Part shown: positions 35,851 through 48,100 of the stretch, one piece after another
Position numbering within the stretch: position 1 is the first letter of the stretch
How the letters are laid out: the number at the start of each line of letters is the position of its first letter
Source: Felis catus
Taxonomy: Eukaryota
NCBI RefSeq assembly: GCF_018350175.1
Contig: NC_058368.1
Span: forward strand, 116,066,001-116,130,000
Length of the DNA stretch: 64,000 nt
Direction: 5' to 3'
Program-made: the position numbers and the translations under genes
The notes under the pieces: generated by a model
Seen by the model: only the letters and a program-made list of their open reading frames with translations
What the model was told of the DNA's origin: nothing
Database searches by the model: none

Positions 35851-38800
35851 TAAAATATGCATACCAAGTTTAATGTTGGAGGGAGGTGAGATTGATTGGC
35901 TGTAATATTTTCAAATAATGTTGATAATTATATAATATCCACGTAAATATCCACATAGTAATGTGGATAATTAACATGGGGATGACTTTTTAGACTTTAT
36001 TACTAATGTATCAGGACAAGTTGAATATGCTTACATCTTTGTGTTATCTTAATGTTGGGGATGGTGGCTTAAAGCACTAACCAGAATGGCATTACCAAAC
36101 CATGTTGCTCAATAGTTGGCAGGATTTTAGGTTCCTCTCTAGTTTTTGTTTTTATGTCAAATTCTGTGTGAGAAAGGAAAGTTAGATGCTGTTTGAAGCT
36201 CTTCATTACTCTAGGACAGGGCCTCCAGAGATAGATGATCCACCATTATTTCTTCAACTTTCACGTGCCTTTTGATGCCCTTGTTCCGTGAAAGGCGCCA
36301 TTTCTGAGATATGTGTCATTGTGTCCTCCACAGAGAGGCTGCAGGCCAGGATGTTGACACAAAAGACATGCTCTAATACTCATTCATGAATTATATGAGG
36401 GCAGCTCAGGACCTGGTAGAACTGGCGAACAAACGATCCTGAATGAGGTAGGGGATGGCTAATATTTGGGAAATTGACACCAGAATCGGTGTTTGGACAA
36501 TGATGAAGTAACAGTACAGGTTATATTCTTCCAACCTGCCCCCCAAAGAAAATCAACTTAGGAAATGGTGGCACCGCAAAATGTGTTAGAAATGGTGAGC
36601 AAGTTATGAAATCACAGATCTTGCCCATGTTGTGATAATTAACTCTCACGGGTCTCCCGGCGTTGCTCTGTTGTTGGGAGCATCACTACCTTCTTTAAAA
36701 GGTCAATCCCCTGCTGTTGCTAGCCCCCGGGGCTCTTGTGTAAAGTTGTCCGTGTCAGGAGTAGGTTGTTCCTAGGCAAAGGCCCATGGTTCTGTAATGC
36801 CTGTCCTTGTGGTCTGGGCTCTGGGGTTCAGAGTAGAGGCCATTTGTTGCTTCTCAGCTGTGCTCCCTGCCCAGTCACTTTGTTTGCGACACAACTTCCT
36901 GTACTGGTGGGGCCATTCCTGCACACTTCTTGCACCTGTTTCAGTAAAATTATAGAACTCATTAAGGTGACTGCCCATAGTGAGTTTTGTCTCATCTTTA
37001 TAGCCAAACTATCACTATACCCTAGCAATTTGGAGAACTTCCAGCATTTTCCATCTGATGCAATAACAGACAAATGGAAAGAGTCATTTTATTTTTACTG
37101 TTAGCAGTACCAAAGGGTGAGAGCAAACCAGCTAGGATTTTTTGCCTCATACCCTTGGTACTGGGATGTCGTGTCCTTAATATTGTTGAATGCTGTTTAT
37201 CGTTGAATAAACAAATGGTTAGGTTTGCCAACAGTACCAGACAAGCATAAATAAAGTTGGGTGAATCCTTTTACAAGAGGTAATAACTGTAGAAAAGGAA
37301 GCTGCAGTGAAATGGAGGTTTATTCTTAGCAAGGCTGTTTGTGAGCTGACCCTTTGGCCTCATCCCATCCTGTCTACTTTGGCCATAATCAACCCATTCA
37401 CCTCCTCCAGTGTGCTCAGGTCTTTCTCACAGGCGGTTGTCTCTTACCAGACAGTGAAGGGTGAGTAGTCAGGGATTTCTGTTTATGCTTAACTCTCAAT
37501 GTGATAATTGCTTCCTCTCAGTAGCTTTCTCTGACTTCCAGGACTTATTGTCTCTACTTTGAGCTTGCTGTGCTAAGTGCTTCCTCCCTCTCAGCTTGGT
37601 TTTGTAACTGCTGACATTAATGTCTGCCTCTCTCACTAGCCCCAGTGGAAGTTCTTGCTTACCATTATGTCCGTAGTGCCTGGAACCGCCGGTGCTGGGT
37701 CACAGTGGGTGCTTCTGGAAGTATTTGTGGAATGAACAAATGACTATGAATGGAATAAACCAACATGCCAGTGCTAAAACTTAATGAAAACTGTAAGCCT
37801 CAGAGGATAGAGCGGCACAAAACCAGTAATTCTAAAGCTTTTTTTAGCCCAACAAACCATACCCAAAATTATGGGTATGAGAATCAAGAAAAAGTGAGGG
37901 ACCTAGGATATAAATACTCTGTTTACAAAGATCTTGTTAAAAGGCCAACAAATCAAGGAGTTAAAAAAAGACACAGAGGAGGTCGTTAGAATAAGATCTG
38001 CTCTCATGCTTTTAAACTTTAAGACAATTTTATAAATTCTGAAGGAGGATATGTGAGGATGGAGGGATAAGCATGACTTCTGGCTTTGGTGATAAGAATA
38101 GTTTCAAGCAAAGAGTTCTGTATGTAAGCAAGAGAATTTTTTCCTCCCGTGTCTGATACTCAGCCAGGTGACTTCTTAGTTTGAAGCAGAAAGAAAACAT
38201 TTAAAGAACTTAAGGACCTGAAGTAGCCTGTGAAAAAAGAATTATACATTACAGAAATGACTACAAAAATGAGTGAAGAGCAGATATAAAAGAGGTTACC
38301 AACAAGGGTTAAATTAGTAGTAGGAAGGGATATCAGGGTCCTGTGAGTGGATAGATAGGAGGCCTACGGAGGTGTTCTAGCAGTTAAGATGAGCAGCCTG
38401 AAAATATTAGAAGGCACTAAGAAAACCTTTTTTTCCCCTGACTATAGAAGTTCCCTTATGAAAACTTTCAGAAATACGAAAGAATATAAGTAACAATTGC
38501 CCATAGTTTCAGCACCCAGGGAAAACCACTATAAGTGGTTTTTTTTTTTCCTTTTAGCCAAATTTTGTCTGTCTGCTGTTACTGTACAACTTAAAGTGTG
38601 AGAATTTTAATGTACAACTCAATGGGTTTTTGTAGTATTCATATAAACATGACTCAGCTCAAGATGTAGAACATTTCTATCATTCCAGAAGGCTCCCTTT
38701 GTGCCTCTTCCAGTCAATATCCGTAGATTCCTTTTGGCTGTTCTCAAACCTCATATACATGGAATCTTACAGTGTGAAGTCTGTTGAATCTGGCTCCTTT

Positions 38801-40585
38801 TATTCATCATCATCTGTGAGATTCATCCACATGTAATATTTGTTCTTTTTTTCTTTCCTTTTCTTTCTTTTCTTTTTTTCTTTTTTTTTTTTTCTTTTTT
38901 TTGCTGGACAGTTTTCAGTTGTATATACCACAAGCTATCTGTTGTGCTGTGATGAGCATTTGGACAGTTCCCACTGTGGGGCTATTATAAATACAACTGC
39001 TTTGAATGTTCTTATGGACTCACTACACTTTAGTCCACATCTGAGAGCAGACTTACGGGGTCATAAATACTGATATCAATAATATTTTTTCCATTGGGGC
39101 TGTTTAGTTTTTCCAGAGGAAAGTTCTTTATTCTCTTCAGGGTCAATGCCAGGCTACCAGGCATCTTGTAATTAAAAAATAATAACAACTTTGAAACATA
39201 CCATTCTTTCCCGTGTGTGTACTTTGTTTGAGGTCTTATCTTACAGGACCACTTTCTGAAAGCATAGTTGCTGGTCTTCTCATTATATGTCTGAATGCTA
39301 ATCCTGGGACTTGGAGCTTGTCTGGAATGGGATCGCCACATTGCAGTGTTCAGTGCAGTCTATTAATGGATCTTGGCTGCTGCTTGATTTGAGCTTATTT
39401 GAGGCCCTAACTTATCTTTAATAGTACAACTTCCAGTTTACATTTGACCCTTGGTGTAACACTCTCTGGTATAGTAGGGTGTGTATTTCACCTGAGCAAA
39501 TTTATAAAGGGAAAATGTTTATGGTGCAGAGTTCAGTATCATACCTTAAATTGAAAGCTCATTTATGTTTTGATTATATTAAGTGTTTTGCACTAGACTG
39601 TATCAGTGTTAGGTAGCCTTTGTTTTGTTTTTGCTTTGGTTGGCTTCTGTACAAACTTGGGATTCCCAATTGATTAAGCAAAGTCGTGCTTTTCAAATGC
39701 CAGCCCCACGATCTTTGATCTCAGCACAGATGCTGTTTCTGTGGCTTTCCCTTTTACTGGAATTTTTTTAACTTGAAGGAAAATGAAGATAGATGCAGAT
39801 TTTTATCCCTTTAAGATGACTGTGTGTCTTCAGAACACAGGGACAGAAGGAGGGGGCACGGTAGCTGGAGTGCCTGTGTGGTGTATGCTCTTTATAAGTG
39901 CCTCTTGGGATTTCCCCCCTAGACATGAAGTAATTCCTCAGGTAGAAGGAGAAAGGTACATCCCAGAAATGAGGGGGAAACATGATGGAGGGAGGAGAGA
40001 GGACACATACATTATTGAGGGTTCAGGAAGAGAACAGCGTGGGGATAATGGGGATAGATGCAAGTAGATAGATCAAGATGAGTCATGAAACACTGAAGTC
40101 TGAAGCTGTAATAGTTTTATACACTTTGTTCTTTTTTCCTTCTCACGGGTCGCTGTTCTCAGAACAATGTCTGCAGACTTTGGTCCGGACTTTGCTAGAG
40201 TGAGAATGATCATTACTACAGGGTCTTGTTGGACTAATCAGGATAAAATACTGTTTCAGTGGGATTAGGCCCTTTCACAGGAGACCCCACTCCCCATATA
40301 CTGAATTTCTGGAAAGCTTAGTTACGATGACTGTGTTCTGTGACTTAAAAAGTAAATAATGGAATAGCCATTGGGGGGAAAGGGTCAATGAGACTGAGTT
40401 CTATTGCAAACAAGCGCTCACTAGGTTTTCCACAGCCTTCTTGGTAGAAGTCTTTGCATTAGGATAAGGCGAAAGCCATTCCCAGGTCAGAGTGTGATGT
40501 CATGTTGGCAGAGAGCAGAGAAGGGAAAGAACTCTAGTTTTTTTCTGAATCCCTGTTAGGCCCCTGGAAAAATAAGAGCCTCTAA

Positions 40586-40807
40586 TAAATTTTTTTTTCA
40601 ACGTTTTTTTTTATTTATTTTTGGGACAGAGAGACACAGAGCATGAACAGGGGAGGGGCAAAGAGAGAGGGAGACACAGAATTGGAAACAGGCTCCAGGC
40701 TCTGAGCCATCAGCCCAGAGCCCGACGCGGGGCTCGAACTCACGGACCGCGAGATCGTGACCTGGCTGAAGTCGGACGCTTAACCGACTGCGCCACCCAG
40801 GCGCCCC
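40586..40807 (-). mobile_element. Young feline CAN-SINE (SINEC_Fc-like)
   Basis: Perfect 16-bp TSD AAATAAGAGCCTCTAA (40570-40585 / 40808-40823). Confidence 0.93.
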
Positions 40808-41494
40808 AAATAAGAGCCTCTAAAATGAGGGACAGAATGCAGATGTCAAAATAGAGACTCTGGAGCCATTCTGCTTCCATATTATGAAGTTTGAATTTAT
40901 AATCACCTCCTTTAAGTGACACACTCACCTCCTGCTGGGTTTAAGCCCCTGCTCCTATCTAGCTGTCTGTTTACCACTTTTCTAAAAATCACTCTCCTTA
41001 TGTCTTCCTTGTTAACCAGTTGCCCAAGGCATAGGTTTGAGCCTTACTTATCTCCGTACCTCACTACTTAGCACAGTGCCAGGCGGTCAGCACTGTATAA
41101 CTGTACGCGTGCTTGAGTGTCGCTCAGAGGAGTTCATTAGCCTACTATACTATTGGTTCCTAGACCTGGAAGTTCTGTAGAGGTCTAAAAGGTTAGGGTA
41201 GGTTTCAGCCTGTTTTCTTTATAAACTGTTATAAAGTCATCTGGAATCCCATTTCTTTTTTCTCTTGCTCTGCTTTTCTGAAGTGCCTGCTTCACCTTAA
41301 GGCTGGCTTCCTCAAGGCTCAGAAGCCCTGTCCTTGCCAGACTTAGTGTGTGCCGGAGTTCAGGGAAAAGGGAGGCTGGGAGTGTGTTCGGAGAGCGCCA
41401 AGCTCTTAATTTTCAAACCACTTCAGAACCGATCCCAGCGGCCGAGGGATGCCATGTGTGACTGGCTTAGTCCTGGATTCCTTGAACCAATCTT

Positions 41495-41724
41495 TTTTTT
41501 TAAAAAAAATTTTTTTTTTCAACGTTTATTTATTTTTTTGGGACAGAGAGAGACAGAGCATGAACGGGGGTGGGGCAGAGAGAGAGGGAGACACAGAATC
41601 GGAAACAGGCTCCAGGCTCCGAGCCATCAGCCCAGAGCCTGACGTGGGGCTCGAACTCACAGACCGCGAGATCGTGACCTGGCTGAAGTCGGACGCTTAA
41701 CCGACTGCGCCACCCAGGCGCCCC
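41495..41724 (-). mobile_element. Young feline CAN-SINE (SINEC_Fc-like)
   Basis: Perfect 16-bp TSD TCCTTGAACCAATCTT (41479-41494 / 41725-41740). Confidence 0.93.
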
Positions 41725-43031
41725 TCCTTGAACCAATCTTGATCACAAAGGGGAAAGGGTGACCTGGACTGGGTTAGGTAGCCCTGGTCTCACCCTGGAG
41801 CTGGTACGGAGGCAAGAATGGATAGATACCTGACTGGAAATGTGACCACTATTGTGTAGGGGGATGTGATTGTGTGGGATTCATCCTGCCACTGTTGGAC
41901 CTGCCAAGTCTACTGTTACTTGAATCCGGATTTTCTAGGGAACGTTTATAGTTATTTTGTTCTTTACATATGTGTAAAGTCCCTTACAAATTTATCGATT
42001 GTATGTTATGGAGAACAAGTAGTGAAATTATTAAATTTTGAGTATGAGAGTCTTCCTTCTGTTAACTTTTTAATTGGGGATAGAAGACCTCTGAATAGGT
42101 AAAAAGTTAAATATCAGTATTGCAGGTGGGTAACAGCGCAAGACAGTAAGATGACAGATAGCACGTTCATCCAGAATATGTACTTTGCATTCCCCAGTGA
42201 TACTTTTAATCTGAAGTCCTTGGAATGTCAGGCACTGCAAGGGTTGCAGGGTTGATGGAGAGGAGATACCGGCCCACCAGACTTCAAGCCCAGTCATGAG
42301 AATGGTTAACGAGCGTTTGGGGGCTGGGAAGCAATGGCCTATCTCACAGAAGCAAACCACCAAGAACAGGAACCTATACACACAAATGTGGGGGTTCCTG
42401 GTGAGCCCTCCAGGGTTCTGGGAGCCTGGATGGTCTGAGGAGATGCCCAGCATCCTGTGTGGAGAGCTCTGCCCTCAGTCCAGTGAAGCCTGGACACACC
42501 GTTCAACTGCTGAGAGCCGTGGGTCTTTGGTGGGTCATTGCCGAAGTGCTTCTTGTTAGAGGATCCAGTGTGGCCCAGCCCTGGTTGGGCTGGTTCAGCC
42601 CCCACTGGTCTGACTCAAGATTAGTGCCGTTAGACTTTCTGCCTTCTTCCTAGAGCTATGTATGCAGACACATTTGTGGACATTTGAAAGAATTAAAAAA
42701 AAAAAAAATCCTATTCTTGTACCAGGCATCATGCTAAGCTCCAGGGTCATAGTGATGATCCAAAGGTGACCTGATCCCTGCTGTCACAGCCTATGCCTAG
42801 TGAGGAAGGCAGGCAGAAGGCATATAACCAGGTACATAAGCTAATTAGTCAATTGTGGGAATGGTGAGAAAGAAACAATGGGCAAAACTGAAGGTTTACA
42901 AGAGGTTTGAGATCCTTTAAGGGATTTTGTAAATTTATTCTTGGGTTGAAGTTTTTTTCCTAATGATTTCCACGGATTAGATGAGAATAATTTTCATTGT
43001 TTGTCTCTTAGGTACATTCTGCAGGTCCCCG

Positions 43032-43233
43032 ATGAACCCAGGGAACCCTCCACCGTATCCGGGCCCTGGTCCGACGGCCCCGTACCCACCTTATCCACAA
43101 CAACCAATGGGACCAGAGGGCTACCCTCCAGGACCTATGGGGGGACCCTACCCACCTCCTCAGGGTTACCCCTACCAAGGATACCCACAGTATGGCTGGC
43201 AGGGCGGACCTCAGGAGCCTCCTAAAACCACAG
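43032..43233 (+). CDS. CYSTM1: CYSTM1 (cysteine-rich and transmembrane domain-containing protein 1), first coding exon (partial CDS, 67 codons + 1 nt)
   Basis: Translation MNPGNPPPYPGPGPTAPYPPYPQQPMGPEGYPPGPMGGPYPPPQGYPYQGYPQYGWQGGPQEPPKTT matches the recalled mammalian CYSTM1 N-terminus. Polypyrimidine tract plus AG acceptor at 43010-43011 (exon starts 43012), ATG at 43032, donor CAG|GTACTG at 43233/43234 (phase 1). The downstream exon (VYVVED...CCCCLWDMLT) was not found in the window. Confidence 0.96.
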
Positions 43234-43747
43234 GTACTGGGAGTTGGGTATGTGTGTATGTGTATGTGGGTGTGCATGTGCACAGTCCCATGTCATCAAA
43301 GGAAATGTTTGCATGTTTTCTTTGGCAGAGAAGGCACGCTAGCCTTTGTGTGTTGTGGTTGACGTTCCCAAGGCTTGGTGACCGCTTAAGGTAGCTTCTA
43401 ACTCCTGAGAAGGACTTCTTTCTCAGGAGGCCTGCATCCGTTCTTTCTACTTCCTCTATGTCTCTTATCCCTCTGGGGCTGATGACTTCCTGGTCGATGT
43501 GTTTTCTGATAGCCCCTTTTGGGGTACCGGTGGGGGAAAGTACTGATTGGGTTCTTGCCCTGACACCCAGTTTCGTATTTTAGATTTGGCCTGCTGGGAT
43601 TATTTTCTCTCTTGGTTTGTTGACCTCCAAGTCATCCTCTTGTCCCTACTCTTGGGTTGATGTTCTTTGCTTAAATGTTTTCATAATTCTCTTGAACTTG
43701 CTAGCTGAGTTTTCAGCAGGCCTATGAGTCCTTCTTGTGCGCTAGAA

Positions 43748-43937
43748 CAGTGCTACTCAAAGCTGACTCTGCAGATAAGTGCCAGTCTGTGAATGTGATA
43801 AGTACAGAAAGTACGAGTAAACAGAAGAACTTGTAGAGTAATTTGACATTGCTGTGACATTCAAGCAGGTGATCGTGCATTTTACAATACGTCTCAATCT
43901 GTGGTGGATTAGAATGGACACGTCTTGAGAAGCACTG
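43748..43937. mobile_element. hAT-Charlie non-autonomous DNA transposon (MER5-like MITE)
   Basis: Terminal inverted repeats CAGTGCTACTCAA / TTGAGAAGCACTG; 8-bp flanks CGCTAGAA / TGCTAGAT resemble the hAT target duplication. Confidence 0.65.
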
Positions 43938-44789
43938 TGCTAGATGTCTTGGTGACTGTCAGAACTGTTGTGTGACCTTCTGGTTTGCTCTTTTACAGTG
44001 CCTTCAGCTTTTTAGATTAGCTAATTCTTAATGAGTGCTTGTGTGCCAAGTGGTCTCTTAAGAGCTTTATGTACATTAACATTTAATTCTTGGAGCAATC
44101 TTATGAGGTTGTTCCCATTTTACAGTGAAGCCATTGAGTCACAGAGTGGCATACGGACTTGGCCAGCTAGAAGGGGCAGATTTCAGATTCGAATCCTGAT
44201 GGTTTGGCTTTGGAATCTGTGCCTATAACTTTTTTCTCCAGCTGGATGATTTTAGATTTATCTATAACTGCAGGTACATCCTTCAGCTGAAGTGAAAGTG
44301 TGTAGTCCATTCTGTCAACAGCTTCTGTGTAGAAACTGTTTCTGATTCAAAGGAGGGAGGTCTTCTTAGTTATTCTTAATCTGTGTCTGGTAATCAGTAA
44401 GGACTTAATAAAGGTGTGTTGAATGGGTAGGTAGCTGGGTAGATAGCTAAGCAGAATCTAAGTCTGTTTATGGTTCAGAATTTTGTTTTTTGTTTTTTGT
44501 TTGTTTTACAGTAGAAATTGTAGTAGAAATATCTTTTGTTTTTCTTTGTTGGGAAACCAGTTTTTTGAAAACCATGTGATTGGAGGTGACAGGTGCTTGT
44601 GGGAATGAGGCTTACCAAGGAGTATACTTGCAATACATTTGGGGTCTCCTGGGATGATATTTAATGATAACTGTAACAACTAGTATTTCTGAAGCCTAGT
44701 ACCTAGTACTGGCCTCATGTAACTTTCACAAGAGCCCTATAGCTTTGGTCCCATGTTACAGAGGTAGAATCTGAGGCTTGGAGAGGTTG

Positions 44790-45182
44790 TGTGTCAGTTA
44801 TCCCTCGTATAACATACCACCCCAAAACTCAGTGGCTTAAAACAACAGTGACTTATTCTCATGATTCTGTGAGTTGGCTTCGTATGATCTCTCCTGGGGT
44901 CACTTAATTCAGCTGTCAGCCTGGTCGGGGCTGGTATGTCCCAGATGTCTTCATTCACATGAGTAGGGCCCTGGTTTACTTCCACGAGGCCCCTCTCTAC
45001 CTGTTGTCTCTCATCTACCCTGGCTTGTTTGCATGGTGGTTAGCTTCTAAGGGGGTGAGTGTACGATCTTGCCAGCCTTTTCATGTCTAGGCCCAGAAGT
45101 GGTCCACCATCACTCACCCATATTCTTTTGTTCAAAGCAAGTCACAAGGCTGGCTGGATTCGATAGGAGGGGAAATAGATGT
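44790..45182. mobile_element. MaLR (MLT1-like) LTR
   Basis: CCACCCCAAAACTCAGTGGCTTAAAACAACA...GTCAAAGCAAGTCACAAGGC-like signature. Confidence 0.65.
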
Positions 45183-48100
45183 CATCGATACCCTGCCCCC
45201 CGCCCCCCCGATTTGGTAACAACTTTATTGAGAGATATAGTCGGGAGTTGTATGACCATCACCGCTAATTCCGGAACATTTCATCACCCCAAAGAAAGCC
45301 ATATCCTTTAGCAATCACTCCCACTTCCTTAACCTTCCCCTTCCATACATCTCTTTTATCTCTGTAGATTTGTCTGTTCTGGACATTTCTTACAAAATGA
45401 ATCCTATAATATGGCCTTTTATGACTGGCTCTTTCACTTAGTGTAACGTGTTAAAGGCTCCTCCGCGTGTGTCAGTACTCCATTCTTTGTGTTGCCAAAT
45501 AACACCCCATTGTATGGATATATCACATTTTCTTTATCCATTCATGCTTGGGTTTCTACTTTTTGTGATGAATAGTAAGTCATGGCTATTATAAACATTC
45601 ATGTACATTAAACTCTGTCTCAGGAGGAACAGCATGTGAATGTAGAGCAGGAGGAATTGTTGGTGACCATCTTGGCAGACGGTTTACCGCTTTCCACTCT
45701 GTACCCAGCAGTTTATGTCTTCCCCAGCCCTCCCCACGCACAAAATACACCCATCCCTTCCAAGACCAGCAGGTGGCTCATCAGTCATTACATCCACTTC
45801 AAGTCAAGGGTGTCATCATCTGGTATCTGTAAGTAGACGGGGCCTCTCACCTGCCACGCTGCTCCTGTGACTGCCCACCCTGCATTTCTGCTCTGCCCCA
45901 CCCTGCACACCTCAGAGATGAAACAAAATGTCACTCCTCTATGAAGCTTCCCCTTTGGTATCCCACCTCTATGGTAGAAGTAACCAATCCCATGTGCTTC
46001 AGCTGCAGCCTATACAGACTTCTTTCAGAGCACCTCCTCTCTGAATTAAGTTAATTTTTGTGTTCTGTCTAGTTTGCCTCCTTAATGTCTGAATTCAGTC
46101 AACTTAGCTGGTGCCGTCTTAGTGCAGGCTTTCAGCGTTTGTGTTACGTTTCGCCAAGGTTCTTAAGACTGCAAGCGACAGCATCTCAGCCTTAAAAATT
46201 AACCAACAGTAGAGGGTTGCCAGAGACCTGAGTAGAGGCTGCAAAATGACAGATAGTGACCAACACAGACACAAAAAAGGGACTCTGAGAGGACAGAGAT
46301 GACACAAGGAACAAAAAACCTGTGAGAAAAAAGGGGGGGAAATATCTCTAATAGGCTTAGATATGTGGGAAGATAAATCTTAATGAAATAAGAATAGGGA
46401 TGCTATATAAAAAGGAACTCGGGAAACAAAAGCATTTAGCCAAGAAGACTGTGAAACCAACCTCAGCCCAAGGAATAGGTCCAAAAGACTCATTCAGATA
46501 GCTAGATCTTGCCAAACCAGAATTGACGGCTTTTTGCCACAGGTGAAAGGTTGACATAGTGCTATGTAACAACCACCCCAAGTTAGAGATTCTGTAATTT
46601 GGAAAGGGCTTGGGTGGAAATCCCTGCTCCCCATGGCATCTCCTGGGGCTGGAACATAGATGATAATCGAGGCCCTTGGTTGGCTATGAGATTTATGAAC
46701 TCTCCTCTTGGCTCTATACAGCATGCCTAAAGGGGTGCTCTTGGGTTGGCTTGCATCTGCAGTACAGAGAAGCCGTGTGGTTTTGCAGAAGCTTCAGAAG
46801 GGAGAGGGTTGTGGGAGCGTGAAGGCAATCTGACTGCAGTCAGAGGGAGAGTCAGAAGATACCCACGCTTAGACGCTGCTATCTTTACATGAGTTCCTAA
46901 CCAGTGCACTTCTTCACTCCTATGGGCTTTGTTTCACACTCTTATTTCCCTTGAAAGTTTCATTTAAGTTCAGCCGTATTCTGTCAACTGTTGCTGTTTG
47001 GTGAAATCTTGTACTTCCGGTTCATTATAACAAATAATTGCTCTTCCAAATACCAAAAAAATCCCACAGAACCCCGCATCTGATGTCTCTCTTTCCCTCT
47101 TCTCCTCCACTTGGCCCCTCAGTGGGACTAAGTTGGGCATCCTGACAACACAGTGGCCTCAGGAAGTGGGACTCCTTCAGTGTCCGTGTGTAAAAAAAGA
47201 GAAAAAGGAAACAGACTTTAGTTAATTTCTAGTTCTGAAACAGTTGCAGACTTAAAAAAAGGATGCAGAAATAGTACAAATGATTTCACCCAGATTTCCC
47301 CAAACCTTACATCACTACCATGTAACGATCCTGCCCAGGCCCGGAAGACTCACAACAGCGCTTGGATCCCGCTCCATGGCCCAAGCAGCCATGGGTCTGT
47401 GTGGGTGGGATTCAAGGGGGGCGAGACAGAGTTCAGTGCTTGGGAGGACAGTGGCAAAGCCACACTGCAGAATGGCATATGTGTTGGGGGACCTTTGCAA
47501 GCCCTACAGCAAGTCCCAGTGGTGATGGGTAGACTCCTGTTCAGTGAGGCATTCTAACAAAACTGCTGGTAGGCTCTTGTTGACCGTGCCGTAGTTACAG
47601 AATTGTTCAAAGTGAAAATTTAAACAAAACAATATCTCCAGTCTTAGAAAATCGATTTAAGGAAGATTTCTGTGAATTGGTGAGAAAGTCGTGAAAGAAG
47701 AGACATTTTAAAATGCTGCCACCAAAATCAAAATGACACCCCCTCAGATACCCTCAGATCATCAGCAGTGGAGGTCCTCAGGTGCTCGCCCGGTTACTCA
47801 CCTTCCAAGCTCATGGCAGACTTTGGAGTCTCATGTGGTCCTCTCTGCTTAGCCCTGATGTGACCTCACAATCCTCCTTACCACGGTGCCCTAGGCAGTG
47901 GCTGTGAATAGGCTTGAATCCAGTTGAACTGGATGAGATGCAGCCTCTTAACCGTTCCTTGTGAGCTAACCTCCTCCTTTTAGAGAGATTTAAACCAAAG
48001 CCCAGAGAGGTTTAGTGACTTCCCCAGGGTCAGCGAGTTCAAGAAGGATGTAGTCATGATTCCAAGCTAAGTGCTTTTCCTCATTTCATCCTAGTGCTAT

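Noticed and set aside
42981..43394. 137-aa ORF as a complete gene, with a hydrophobic N-terminus and Cys-containing tail
   Set aside because: Only 43032-43233 is exon. The extensions are the acceptor polypyrimidine tract and TG-rich intron sequence read through good splice sites.
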